Of a stretch of DNA of 64,000 bases, positions 49,518-62,240 are shown piece after piece. The translations under genes were made by a program, and so were the position numbers. Source of the stretch: Squalus acanthias (Eukaryota); assembly GCA_030390025.1 (NCBI GenBank), contig CM059449.1, positions 15,376,001-15,440,000 of the forward strand. The letters run 5' to 3'. Under the pieces are notes generated by a model. The model saw nothing but the letters and a program-made list of their open reading frames with translations. It ran no database searches and was not told where the DNA came from. The stretch's first letter is position 1. Every line of letters begins with the position of its first letter.

Positions 49518-50804
49518 GTTTGCATGCATCCCATGGGGAAGCCTTATTTCTCCTGAATGCATTGAGTCGAAAGATGGCCCTGCGAGAAGACCGTAAGGAA
49601 ATGGAAAATCACTATTATCATAGGAAGTGGGCAGTCTGAGGTCGGCGTTAGATACAGTATTTGGGGGAAGAGAAAAAGGTCCCACATGGCTTGAATGTTA
49701 AGTACTTCCATTGCCTCCTTGATGAGGAAACAGATTCACCAAAATAAAATTTCAAAAGTTAATTTCAGTAGTAAAAGAGGTAGCTGGCAATCACATTTAT
49801 TGTAAATCACAATCATAGTGTAAAAATCTGGTGCGTTTGTAACCACCTTATTCAGATTTCCAGTTCGAGTATTACCGTGGTTTAGCCTTTCAGCAATAGT
49901 ACCAGATATTCATCTTTACTGCCACTATTATGACCTCAAATTAGATGTAAATGACGGAAACAATTATTTATTTTATGCAAATTTGTGCCAGATTAGAATG
50001 ATTGAAACATAACATATGGGCTCCACTGCTTTACCCGAAAATATTGCATTTATTGATGGGTTTATGAGTGGATACTTGACAAAAGCAAGACATTACGCTG
50101 TCGGAGACGAGGATACCAGCTCTTTACATGTTTACCTGAAAATGTGCTCTTTGTTTTAGCTTTATATAAAACGCGGGTTAGTTCTTCCTCAAAAATAACA
50201 GAGAAATGAATTTCAGAGCAAGTTATTACCATTTGTAGATTACTTGTCAACTGATGGATTTGGGTGTTGGTGACGATGGGGCAGGGGCACCGTACACTTA
50301 TTTCCCGTGAGGAGATATCGCATATGAACATTTTGCAGGGGGAGAAACACCAGTTCTGGTTTTCGGTATAATTCTTAACAGCAACACTTACAGCAGTTCA
50401 CGATGCTCAATGATAAACATGCATTAGAAAATGAAATAATGAAACACAGTAACAAATCTCATCACAAGGAAAATAGAAAGTGTGAGGATAAATAGGACAA
50501 TGGGAAAAAGACCAGCATTTAATGAAGCATCATACCCTTACATGGGGAACAGTACCTTAACTGTACCGCAATTAATACAACAGTGAATTGGTAGAGTTTC
50601 CGACAGAAATGGGTTAAAGATTGCATAAATTATGGGCTGTACATAATGTTTGTGCTACGCTACATACCCTATTTTAAACATTCGCTCGAGACCTTTGATC
50701 ATGTAGTTCTGTACAACACGATTTAAGAGAAATATATCCTAGAATGTCCAAAACAATCTTGGGCTACAGAGTAAAAATCAAATAACAATTGATATCATAT
50801 CGGC

Positions 50805-51266
50805 GTCAGCCATGGCTCAGTTAGTAGCACTCTCGCTTCTGAGTGAGAAGATTGTGGGCTCATGTCCCACTCCAGAGACTTGAGCACAAAAATCTAGGCT
50901 GACACTCCAGTGTCCTACTGAGGGGGTGCTGCACTATCGGAGGTGCCGTCTTTCGGATGAGATGTTAAACCGAGGCCCCGTCTGCTCTCTCAGGTGGCGG
51001 TAAAAGATCCCATGGCACTATTGCGAAGAAGAGCAGGGGAGTTATCCCCGGTGTCCTGGCCAATATTGATCCCTCAATCAACATCACTAAAGCAGATAAT
51101 CTGGTCATTATCACATTGCTGCTTGTGGGAGCTTGCTGTGCAGAAATTGGCTGCTGCGTTTCTTACATTACAACAGTGACTCCACTTCATAAGTTCTTCA
51201 TTGGTTGTAAAGCGCTTTGGATGTCCGGTGGTCGTGAAATGCGCTATATAAATGCAAGTCTTTTTT
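50805..51266 (+). mobile_element. Full-length Deu-type tRNA SINE
   Basis: Head gtcagccatggctcagttagtagc, core, and tail gcgctatataaatgcaagtc. Confidence 0.85.
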
Positions 51267-51999
51267 GTAGTTTAGACTGGCTTATAAACCTTTGGATCAT
51301 TTATTTCTGCTAATTTGTCACTGTCCTTCAATTATATAACTGACTATTGCAGGATTCTCAAAGAATTCCCATGCGGGAAACACGACTGTGTTATCTGTTG
51401 CGTCCGTAGCAGTTTAATTAAATAACTCTGAACTGCAGGTTACAAACACTAGGGGAGAATTTTCGCTGGGGTATCTCCCGCCGTAACGTCGGCAGAAGTC
51501 GGCAGAAATTCCAGGCGACCCGGCAGAAACTATCAAGCGGTGTCAATCCAGCTCTGCTTCATTTTTTTTTAATTGCGGTATTTCAAAATTGTTAATATCA
51601 CCCTTATGAGACTCGGAAAGTGTATTAGTCCTGCTGTCATGTGTTAAGTAGTAATTAATTATGGTAGCACTTAATTGGACTTTGCAAGAACTGATGAATA
51701 TAAATATCCCTCAACACAAAGATGCAGTATTGCGTTTACGGCCTTCTTTAAGAATGGCCAAATTAATTATTTGGAAATGTGCTATGGAGCTCAAAGTAGA
51801 TTCAGTTTTCAGACACACAATAAGTTAGTTACCGCACGATACAATCCTACAATTTTCCCCTTGTAAGTGGAATCGCCTAGAATTTCCGCGGAGGTGCAGA
51901 GAAATCTTGGGAAAGCAGTGATAGTGTACAGCGAAAGCTCAAACTGAAACTGCTTTGCAGTCAGCAGTTTTCAGTAAAATAACAGATAACAAATAAAGT

Positions 52000-52445
52000 A
52001 TACATATCAAGAAAGGATGAACAGGCTGGGTCTCTTTTCTCTTGAAAAGAAAAAGGCTGAGGGCTGAACTAACAGAGGTCTTTAAAATTATGAAAGGTTT
52101 TGATCGAGTGGGTACAGAGAGAATGTTTCCACTTGTTGGAAAGAGCAAAACTAGAGGACATCAATATGAGATAGTCACCAAGAAATCCAGTAGGGAATTC
52201 AGAAGAAACTTCTTCAGCCAGAGAGTGGTGAAAATGTGGAACTCGCTACCACAGGGAGTGGCTGAGGCGAATAGTACAGATGCATTTAACGGGAGGCTAG
52301 AGAAGCATATGAGGGAAAAGGGAATAGAGGTTTATGCTGATAGATTTAGATGAGGAAAGACGGGAGGATGCTCGAGTGGAGCATAAATGCTGGCATGGAC
52401 TGGTTGGGCCGAATGGCCTGTTTCTGTGCCTTATGTCCTATGTAA
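52000..52445 (+). mobile_element. CR1 LINE 3' fragment
   Basis: Same subfamily as 24390-25185. Confidence 0.85.
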
Positions 52446-52771
52446 CTGGATGCTTTGGAGGAATTATCTTCCCCTGTGTTTCCTTGGACATCCCGAGCAC
52501 TTTGCAAACCCATATCATCTCAATTTATGTGTTTTGAGAGTAGGTGTTCTCCTCTCCCGGCTTTAGAAACACTTAACGTTGGGGGAGAGGGAGCGAGCCT
52601 TTATCAAACGTGCTCGCAGCTCAGTCTTGAACTGAGACTGTTACAGAGCCAGACTTAAAGAAGCCAGACATTGTCTGTGCGGTTCTGCTTGGCTGGAAAC
52701 CAAGTGCAGCTACTGGTATCTTCAGTGTGACTGCATTCTACATTCGTTAAACAATAAACTTTTCTTTTTCT

Positions 52772-53148
52772 TCATTCACGGGATGTGGGCATCGCTGGCA
52801 AGGCCCGCATTTATTGCCCATCCATAATTGCCCTTGAGTGGCTTGCCAGTCCATTTCAGAGGGCAGTTAAGAGTCAACCACATTGCTCTGGGTCTGGAGT
52901 CAAATATAGGCCAGACCGGGTAAGCACAGCAGATTTCCTTCCCTAAAGGACATCAGTGAACCAGATGGTTTTTTACGACAATCCGGTAGTTACATGCTCA
53001 CCATTACTGATGCTGGCTTTTTATTCCAGATTTATTTAACTGAATTCAAATTCCCCAGCTGCCGTGGTGGGATTTAAACTCTTGTCCTCGGATAATTAGT
53101 CCAGGCCTCTGGATTACCAGTCCAGTAACATTACCACTATGCTACCGT
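52772..53148 (-). mobile_element. Near full-length tRNA-derived SINE family 2
   Basis: Minus-strand head cggtagcatagtggtaatg...gagtttaaatccc (A/B-box-like). 3' tail shared with family-B LINE. Confidence 0.78.
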
Positions 53149-53259
53149 TCGCTCATTTTATGGAACCAGAGTTTAACCGTTGTGCTAAATAATTATAAAA
53201 TAGTTTTACATGCGTCCCAAACAGTAAATAATACATATATTGACATTCACTACCAGTAC

Positions 53260-53407
53260 CTCTTCTGACGGAAGCAGATAGCGACGATGATTCCAAAAAC
53301 GACCAGTAAAGCTATCACTGCAGCACGGACACACCATAGTGTCCGGACGTCTCTGAAGAAGCTTGTAGTCTCTTCGTTGCTCGTTATCTTAAATTCCGTT
53401 TCGGCAC
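53260..53407 (-). CDS. NCR3: NCR3/NKp30-like gene B, stalk/transmembrane exon with intramembrane Arg
   Basis: ccatag|GT GCC...AAG AG|gtactg, translating AETEFKITSNEETTSFFRDVRTLWCVRAAVIALLVVFGIIVAICFRQK. Phase 1-2. Confidence 0.85.
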
Positions 53408-53914
53408 CTATGGAATAACAGGTCTAAAAAATCTCCATATCGCTTTCTGGACCAAGGCAACGAGTACGGCAAGGGGGCTGAGACGCCTTCCGGGCTGGAT
53501 GTTCGTCTTCACCAGCCTGGGCGGTAAACTGGCAGGGCACACCTCTCGCACTTTAAATAACCCGTCTACTTTTCATTCAATTAATTACCGCCCAGGCGGT
53601 AAAAGCGAAAATCTGTCCCATTTATTTTATTACCACGGGTCGCATTTTCCTCAACAGTACTCAAATATGAAGACTTGTTTCTTGGTGCCTTGTTTATTGT
53701 CCCACTCTTTGCAGTTTCCTCTTCCCTTCACCCCTTCCCGCTGTCTCTCACGAACACTACCCATACATCAGAGATAGACAGAAACATCTGCGCCAGTACC
53801 TGTTCAGATTAACAACGGACAAAGTAAAGGCAATTGCACAACTTCATATCAGTCACCTATGGTGGAAAATAAACAACCTTATGTTTGCAGATGATGTCAT
53901 CTACGCATCGAGCG

Positions 53915-54320
53915 AGATTATTGGGTGCAATTCTGGCACTACACTTTAGAAGTTGCGCCAGGGTCTTGGAGCGGAGGCAGAGGAGATTTATTAGAAATGT
54001 ACCAGGAATTAGGCTATTTCGGTTATCAGGAGAGACTTGAGAAGCTGGGATTAGATCAGAGCAGATAAGGTTCTGGGTAGATTTAATAGAGGTGTTCAAA
54101 ATTATTTAAAGGTTTTGATAGAAAAGATAGGGAGGATCTATTTCCCATGGCAGGAGGGTTGGTAACCAGAGGACACAGATTTAAGGTGATTGACAAAAAA
54201 GCCAGGCATGAGATTGGGAGCATTTTTTGTTATGATGTGGAATGCACTGAGTGAAAGGGCGATGGAAGCAGATTCAATAGTAACTTTCAAAAGGGAGTTT
54301 GATAAATACTTAAAAATAAA
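53915..54320 (+). mobile_element. Degenerate CR1 3' fragment
   Basis: Homology to 23460-23880. Confidence 0.7.
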
Positions 54321-54450
54321 GCTTTGGGCTGCTTATAATAACCAGGCTAAGACTCGTGCTCAGCAATCTCACCAACAACGCGGTCAGGGTTCGCAGGTTA
54401 ATGCCGCCAAGAGAAGCTTCTAGACTATAAATGTTCAGTATCAAACTTAC

Positions 54451-54792
54451 CCCGTTTCACGGTCACTGTTGTCCCGGGTCCGTCTGCTGCAGGGAATCCC
54501 ACGAGCTGCACTTTGCAGAAATAGAACCCGGTATCTTCCGGTTTCAGCTGGATTATTCTAATGGACGCGTCTCTCCTCTGTCTGAAATCCTCTTCACTTG
54601 CACCGAACACCCTGCCTCTGTATTCCGCTGTATTGTTGGAAACTTCATTTCCCTGTTTGGTGCCTCGGTGCCACGTGTAGCTGCCGATTCCTGTGGGACC
54701 CTCATATCTACAGAGCAGGTCCGCTGTCTGTCCCGCGGTTTTGGTGAGTGATAGCGGGCTCTGAATTACGGCGATGTTTCCAACAGTAACTG
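54451..54792 (-). CDS. NCR3: NCR3/NKp30-like gene B, VJ-type Ig exon
   Basis: ctacag|CA GTT...CGG G|gtaagt, 342 bp. Translates NIAVIQSP...LLCRYEGPTGIGSYTWHRG...GNEVSNNTAEYRGRV...DTGFYFCKVQLVGFPAADGPGTTVTV. IGSYTW and GNEVSN.T.EYRGR match NKp30 IGSVTW and GKEVRNGTPEFRGR. Confidence 0.9.
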
Positions 54793-56148
54793 CTGTAGAT
54801 GGGTGAAGTCAATACAATACACAGTGGGGTGAGATCTTTTGCCCTGGAAAGTACTGCTTCCTAAATTAGGCAGAAATGCTCAGCCTTTAATGGAGTCCTT
54901 AACCCTTTAAAAATTATCAGTATTGTTACAGTTGAGCGAGGCGTGCGCGCCGCCACTCTGCCGAATGGCAATTTTCAGGATACATTGTTCAAATATATTC
55001 AGAAAAAAATCGGATATTAATGCAGTGACATTGACTGTATATAGCCCGTGTTGTTAGTTGGTGCAATAAAACATAGCACTAAAGGGAGTTAAAAAAGCCT
55101 GTGACGAGAAAATGTCCCTCAACCCATCAAAGATCAACACTAACTCCCACCACGGCATTTAATTGTATTTTGAGTAGCCCCAATATTTACCTCGATTGCT
55201 CGCTGTATACATTCCTCCAAGTTTTAGACAAACACGTTGTTCTTGCTTTTAGTTTAAAATTTCATTTTTCGCTAATTTCCATTGATGGATCTGATTCTAC
55301 TTTCATGGCTTCGAAGGAATAATTGGGGCGCACTTTATCTATACCATTTATGATGAAGTTCTCCCCCCCCCCACCCCACCCCCGCGCCCCGCCGCTCCCG
55401 GCACTTAACTGCCTTATTTAAGATTGAAACACTTACGCTTCGCTTATCTTTTCTCACGTCTCATCTCTTTACACTTCGGAAGGGTTTTGCTGCTCCTCTA
55501 TGCACCCTTTCCAGTCCAGATATATTTTTGTGTCATCGATAGGAAAGCTGAAGTTCGGATTCTAAGAATGGTTGACCCGTGCATTTAGAAGCTTAGCTCA
55601 GTTCTCTGACACTATCATGTCTTTATATTCTAACACACTGTGAGCGCTTTTTAAAAAACTGCTTCGTTACATCCTTTATATATCGGCTGTTAATCATCTT
55701 ATTATCACGTCAGAACTAAGAAATAAAAGGATTGGGAATAAATTATATTAGGAAATTGCTCGGATCTGTATTATTTCAAAATGTTGATTCAATTCCTTGC
55801 AATTTTGGGCCATTGACTTAAGATGGGCTCCAGGTTTGATTGTCGGCGGGGGTTGCTAAACAATACTGGATCAGTGATCATTGCGCGTGTATGTATTTGA
55901 AATCGGCACATTTCTCAGTCACGTCAACCATTTCAAGTTTGGAAAGATGTCCTTTCGGTACCATTGATTTTTTTTTAATGCTCAACGCCCTATTTATTTA
56001 TCCGCGTGCGCATCATAAATATCTAAGAGTACTTGAATTTAACAAATGAAACAATATAAGAATGCGCTACAAGAGGAGGTTGCTATCTTTCCGGTTTGTA
56101 CTCTCATCTTGCAATTGGAAACCGACATAACATAAAATAGTTCCTTAC

Positions 56149-56200
56149 CGGCGATCATGGCCGTTACCCAGATTGTTCCAATAACATGGCTAAAGTTCAT
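56149..56200 (-). CDS. NCR3: NCR3/NKp30-like gene B, leader exon
   Basis: gacaccATG (good Kozak context), MNFSHVIGTIWVTAMIA, then G|gtaagg. Phase 1. Confidence 0.82.
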
Positions 56201-56310
56201 GGTGTCGGCACAGTTCTGGGCATGAAGTCAGTTGAGGAACAGCAGTGCAGGATCAGAGGAGAGAATTAACAATCGAATTCTACTTGTGGAGACGCGCATG
56301 ATACAGTATG

Positions 56311-56336
56311 TGACGTAACGGACCCAATCGCCCAAT
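56311..56336 (-). promoter_or_regulatory. Putative promoter elements of gene B (CRE/ATF-like TGACGTAA and two CCAAT boxes)
   Basis: Motifs lie 110-136 bp upstream of the ATG. Motif match only. Confidence 0.3.
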
Positions 56337-56869
56337 TAACATTCTCTGTTTTCATTTCTTCCCGCCTCTGCAGGGACATAGATGCCAGAATACCAGGCAC
56401 AAGCTGTGGTTTCGAATCCACTTCAGTTGTACTTCAGTGTCCTTTAGTATACCTCGGTACCATGGTAACTGAAATTAACTGCGCGGAGAACTTGCAAAAT
56501 CAAACTCTTCCGCAGAAAAGGAAAGCGTGGGAGACAATTCTGGCTTAAAGCTGCTAAACCAGATGTCTGGCCGACCTATTAATGAAGAGACTGCGCATTC
56601 GGAGATAAATCAGAACAGGTCAGGCGTGATAGATATAGAGACAGCAATGAAGAATGCGGGGTTTATCGCGAACTGTTGACTAAGTATTGTTTTATTAAAA
56701 TGCGGAGGAAAAGATAAAGAACTTCAGATTTTTATTTCACGGCCTTGCTTTCAGGCAGATCTCCAAAGTAATCTTTTCACTCGGCACGTTGTATAGGATT
56801 GGAAAAATATACAAAAGAACACAGCTGCCGCACCGAATCTTTGGTGGACTGCATATTACTGTCAGGATG

Positions 56870-58132
56870 ATAGGAACATAGAAACAAAGAAACATAGGAG
56901 CAGGAGTAGGCCATTCGGCCCTTCGAGCCTGCTCCGCCATTCAATATGATCATGGCTGATCCTTTATCTCAATACCATATTCCCGCTCTCTCCCCATACC
57001 CCTTGATGCCTTTTGTTTCTAGAAATCTATCTATCTCCTTCTTAAATATATTCAGAGACTTGGCATCCACAGCTTTCTGTGGTAGAGAATTCCACAGGTT
57101 CAACACCCTCTGAGTGAAGAAATGTCTCCTCATCTCAGTCCTAAATGTCCTACCCCTATCCGGAGACTGTGACCCCTCATTCAAGACCCCCAGCCAGGGG
57201 AAACATCCTCCATGCATTCAGTCTGTCTAGCCCTGTCAGAATTTTATACGTTTCAATGAGACCCCCTCTCATTCTTCTAAACTCTCGTGAATACAGGCCT
57301 AGTCGACACAATCTCTCCTCATACGACAGTCCTGCCACCCCAGGAATTAGTCTGGTGAACCTTCGCTGCACTCCCTCTATGGCAAGTATATCCTTTCTTA
57401 GGCAAGGAGACCAAAAATGCACACAGTACTCCAGGTGTGATCTCACCAAGGCCCTGTATAACTGTAGTAAGACATCCTTGCTCCTGTACTCAATTCCTCT
57501 TGTAATGAAGACCAGCATACCATTTGCCTTCCTAACTGCTTGCTGCACCTGCATGTTTGCTTTCAGTGACCATTTAAAAATACTCTGCCTTTCTGTTTTT
57601 CCTACCGAAGTGGATAACTTCACATTTATCCTCGTTATAATGCATCTGCCATGTATTTGTTCACTCACTGAACTTGTCCAAAACTCCTTGAAGCCTCTTT
57701 GCATCCTCCTCACAACTCACAATCCCACCTAGTTCCGTGTCGTCAGCAAACTTGGAAATATTACATTTGGTTCCCTCATCCAAATCATTGATATATATTG
57801 TGAATTACTGGGGCCCAAGCACTTATCCCTGCGGTACCCCACTAGTCACCGCCTGCCACCCCGAAAAAGACCCATTTATTCCTACTCTCTGTTTCCTGTC
57901 TGTTAACCAATTTTCAATCCATGTCAGTATATTACGCCCAATCCCATGTGCTTTAATTTTGCACACTAATCTCTTATGTGGGACTTTATCAAAGGTCTTC
58001 TGAAAATCCAAATACACCACATCAACTGGTTCTCCCTTATCTCGTCTACCAGTTACATCCTCAAAAAACTCCAGTAGGTTTGTTAAACACGATTTTCCTT
58101 TCATAAATCCATGTTGACTTTGTCTAATCCCG
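56870..58132 (-). mobile_element. CR1 LINE, 5'-truncated
   Basis: RT ORFs 57823-58104 and 57177-57713. Same subfamily as 27431-29243. Confidence 0.9.
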
Positions 58133-59452
58133 ATTGGGGATTAGATGGTAATCTCTTTATCACAATGACAAGTGTCTGCACCAGAAGGGAGGAAGAATAC
58201 AGCATTTAATAAATATATGCTACCGCAGGTCTGTCTAATTGCACTATCTTAACACAACCGTGGTACCTCTTGGCAACTGAGGTCCATTTCAATCAATTTG
58301 ATTTTCGAAACGCGCAGATTGTGTGTCATGCTACTGGTTGAACACCCAACAAATGCTTCCGAAAAGTACTCCTTCAGTATGTAAAGCAAACTGAGACTGC
58401 TCAATCGAATTTCGTACACGAATTTGCAACCATGAAGCAGATGAAACCTCCATAGAAATAGAGTGGGAAATGTTGACGACAAATTGTGAAACGATGAGCG
58501 AGGTGCAGCAGGGTCCGCTCAAAAGCTGAGACCCGGGCTGAATTGTAACCAGCGTTGACAGGACGGAAATCTTCCTTTTTTAAATGGGCGAGTTTAGCAA
58601 AATACTCGTGCAAACTCCCAATCACTATTCAACAGAATAGTTTGAATTGAAATTGCAGAGACTGTGATGCCGAACCACACATTTACAAATGCACATTTAT
58701 AAATGGAGGCGTATAAAAAAAATATTCCAACATATGCGTCAGAAGTAATATAAAAGAGCAACTTGCAGTTTCCGTCGATCTCAGCTGAAGTTACGGTGAA
58801 ATTTCGGCCGCGTTAGAAATATTGAGCTAATATTTTGCAACTGTTTGCGATAGATTTGATCAAAATAAAGCACATTATTGTCTGCTATTTTCCTCTTACG
58901 CGCAAGATTTTAGAACTCGTTGCAACTGGCCCACGGGAGAAAATATATGGGCTTGTATGACAAATGGCTTGCGTTATACCTACGGGTTGAAGGTGAAATC
59001 ATTTTCAACTGTATTGCAGTATGGGCAACGCTGCATTCAAGGACATTTTAGCCGCTGGCTCTATGTGTCCGAGTCTTCTGTCTCTGTGCTCTACATCTAC
59101 ATGTACTATGTATATTTATATATATATGTGTGTGTACCTTTATCTATATGTGTGTGTGCGTGTGTGTGTGTACGTGAATTCGCAAATCGTCCGTTTCTAT
59201 ATCAAATAGAATTACACATGGTAACTTCTATTCCGCTTCTGCCTTTATATCTTGACAGGATCACTGCTGGAAGCACCACTACAGTTCAAATCTCACCCTT
59301 CACAGCCGCAACTGAAGGGCATACTCCAGCCTTTAGGGGTCGGAAGATGCAAATGGCGCGAATGCATTAAAAACATAAGATACAGGACATGGCGGACGGA
59401 TGTTACGCGAAGTACAGAGGATTTAATCAGAAATGTTGATGTTTTGCTTAGT

Positions 59453-59780
59453 TAAGGCTTTTTCGGCAGCACCTCCCAAACCCGCGACCTCTTCCACCTA
59501 GAAGGACAAGGGCAGCAGGCGCATGGGAACACCACCACCTCCAAGTTCTTCTCCAAGTCACACACCATCCTGACTTAGATGTATATCGGCCGTTCCTTCA
59601 TTGTCGCTGGGTCAAAATCCTGGACCTCCCTCCCTAACAGCACTGTGGGAGTACCTTCACCACACGGGCTGCAGCGGTTCAAGAAGGCGGCTCACCACCA
59701 CCTTCTCAAGGGCAATTAGGAATGGCCAATAAATGCTGGCATTGCCAGCGACGCGCACATCCCATGAATGAATTAAAAAT
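59453..59780 (+). mobile_element. LINE family B 3' fragment
   Basis: Homology to 14945-15270. Confidence 0.85.
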
Positions 59781-60254
59781 AAGTATGTGCCTGATTCTCC
59801 TGTTGCTGCGCATGGGACTATTGAAACCCCTGAGCGCAGCGAATGCAGCAACATCGGACAGGATGCTATTAGGGGCGTCTGCTGCTGTCCGCCCGATTTT
59901 CCTGCATTGGTGCGCCTAGGAGATTCAAGAGTCCAGGCACAGGAACGGGGAAAGCCTGCCCCTTAAATTTTTATGCGTTCACTCTCATTTCCACCGAATC
60001 GCTCCACAATTCCAACTGCTGGTTTATGTCCAAATGAATTAGTTGTTTTCTTCTTTTATATGCCTGGTTCATTTTTAAACCATTCGATAAAGTTTTGGAT
60101 GCTTTCATACTGTACAACCTGCCTGAGAGTGGCAGCGACACAATATGGGTGCAGGCAGATAGAATCTTGTCTATACCATTTGGCTCCAAGTCGAATTCAC
60201 CTCACCAAAAGTGAGCTCAGAACTGCATACTTATGGGCCCAGGTAAAAGACTAA

Positions 60255-60832
60255 AATAAAGACTTGCATTTATAGAGCGCCTTTCACGACCAACCGACGT
60301 CCCAAAGTGCTTTACAGCCAATGAAGTACGTAAGAACATAAGAAATGGGAGCAGGATAAGGCCATTCGGCCCTTCGAGCCTGCTCCGCCATTCAATGAGA
60401 TCATGGCTGATCTTCTGCCTCAACTCCATTCACCGGCCCTATCGCCATATCCCTTGATGCCCTTACTAGTCAGAAATCTATCGACTTCTGTTTTGAATAT
60501 ACCCAATGACTGAGCCTCCACAGCCCTCTGGGGTAGAGAATTCCAAAGATTCACCACCCTCTGTGTGAAGAAATTTCTTCTCATCTCAGTCCTGAATGGC
60601 CTACCCTTTATCTTGAGGCTATGGCCCCTGGTTCGAGACTCCCCAGCTAAGGGAAACATTCTCCCAGCATCCATCCTATCAAGCCCTGTAATAATTTTGT
60701 GTGCTTCAATCAGATCCCCTCTCATTCTTCTGAATTCAAGAGAATACAGGCCTAGTTTACTCAACCTCTTCTCATACGACAGTCCCGCCATCTCAGGAAT
60801 CAATCTCGTGAACCTTTGTTGCACTCCTTCAT
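60255..60832 (-). mobile_element. Deu-SINE tail (60255-60328) adjoining a CR1 3' fragment (60330-60832)
   Basis: Minus ORF 60420-60824 encodes the CR1 C-terminus. Tail taagaacataagaa. Confidence 0.85.
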
Positions 60833-61087
60833 AGGCGTGAATCGAAGTCTGCCAGGAGTTGGTTACTTATGGGTATAACTATGGCGAACTCCACTGTGCT
60901 CTGCTACTTCGGCGAATGTGGTTCATTCCCTATTGATTGCCTGGGCCAGCAGAGGTCTCCCGGATCTTTCTTTATGATCTGTTACGAGTGGGTTGCATCG
61001 CTTTTGTATATCGCTGCATACGTACTTTCCTATAGGTTATGTGGACTTTGGACTTAAATAAAGTGATACAAAAATATATAAAGTGTT

Positions 61088-61895
61088 GAGATACCATGAA
61101 CACTTTTTAAATTCGTTTTTAAGAGACGTGGGTGCCGCTGGCAAGGCCAGTATTTATTGCTCATCCCTAATTGCCCTTGAAGGTAGTGGTGAGCCGCCTT
61201 CTTGAACCACTGCAGTCCGTGTGGTGAAGGTACTCCCACAGTGCTGTTAGGGAGGGAGTTCCAGGATTTTGACCCAGCGACGATCAAGGATGGGGTGTGA
61301 CTTGGAGGGGAACTTGGAGGTTCCCATGCGCCTGCTGCCCTTGTCCTAGGTGGAAGAGGTCGTGAGTTTGGGAGGTGCTGGTGAAGAAGCCATGGCGAGT
61401 TGCTGCAGCGCATCTTGTAGATGGTATACACTGCAGCCACGGTGGAGGGAGTGAATGTTTAAGGTGGTGGATGGGGAACCAATCAAGCGGGCTGCTTTGT
61501 CCTGGATGGTGTCGAGCTTCTTGAGTGTTGTTGAAGCTGCACTCATCCAGGCAAGTGGAGAGTATTCCATCACACTCCTGACTTGTGCCTTGTAGATGGT
61601 GGAAAGGCTTTGGGGAGTCAAGAGGTGAGACACTCGCCGCAGAATACCTAGCATCTGACCTGATCTTTTTGCCACCGTATTTATGTGGCTGGTCCAGTTA
61701 AGTTTCTGGTCAATGGTGACCCCCAGGATGTTGATGGTGGCTGATTCGGCGATGGTAATGCCATTGAATGCCAAGGGGCGGTGGTTAGACGCTCGCTTGT
61801 TGGAGATTGTCATTGCCTGGCACTTGTGTGGCGCGAATGTTACCTGCCACTTATCAGCGCAAGCCTGAACGTCGTCCACCGGGTCTTATTGCATG
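61088..61895 (-). mobile_element. LINE family B 3' fragment
   Basis: Minus ORF 61346-61879 is homologous to 14553-15209. Confidence 0.88.
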
Positions 61896-62024
61896 CGGGC
61901 ACGGACATACCGGCTGAACACACGCACTCAGGCCAAACACTTACCAAACTGTTTCCTAAAGAAATCAAGTGGCATTAAGATAATAATGAAACAGCGACCG
62001 CACTGGAACAAAAACGCAAAAACA

Positions 62025-62240
62025 AAGCGCTGCGGATTTTTAGAAATCTGAAATAAAACAGGAAATGGTGTGGAAACGCTCAGCGGGTCAGGCAGCATCT
62101 GTGGAGAGAGAGGAGAAACAGAGTTAATGTTTCAGGTCGATGAGCTTTCATTAGAACTGGTTGATTTTCGAGCTGAATAGCATATAAGCAAGTACAGAGC
62201 CAGGGAAATTTAAAAAAATGGTGAAATGTCTGTGGTAGGG
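62025..62240 (-). mobile_element. Degenerate Penelope terminal fragment with mutated hammerhead (62122-62158)
   Basis: Homologous to 2715-2870. The core reads CTAATGA instead of CTGATGA. Confidence 0.7.

Noticed and set aside
51452-51860. Possible MITE with GGGGAGAATT/AATTTTCCCC ends (similar case at ~46707-47216)
   Set aside because: The flanks do not form a matching TSD and the ends are too degenerate to call.
56311-56336. MHC-type SXY promoter module
   Set aside because: The order of the CRE and CCAAT motifs relative to gene B is reversed, and I see no X1 or S box.
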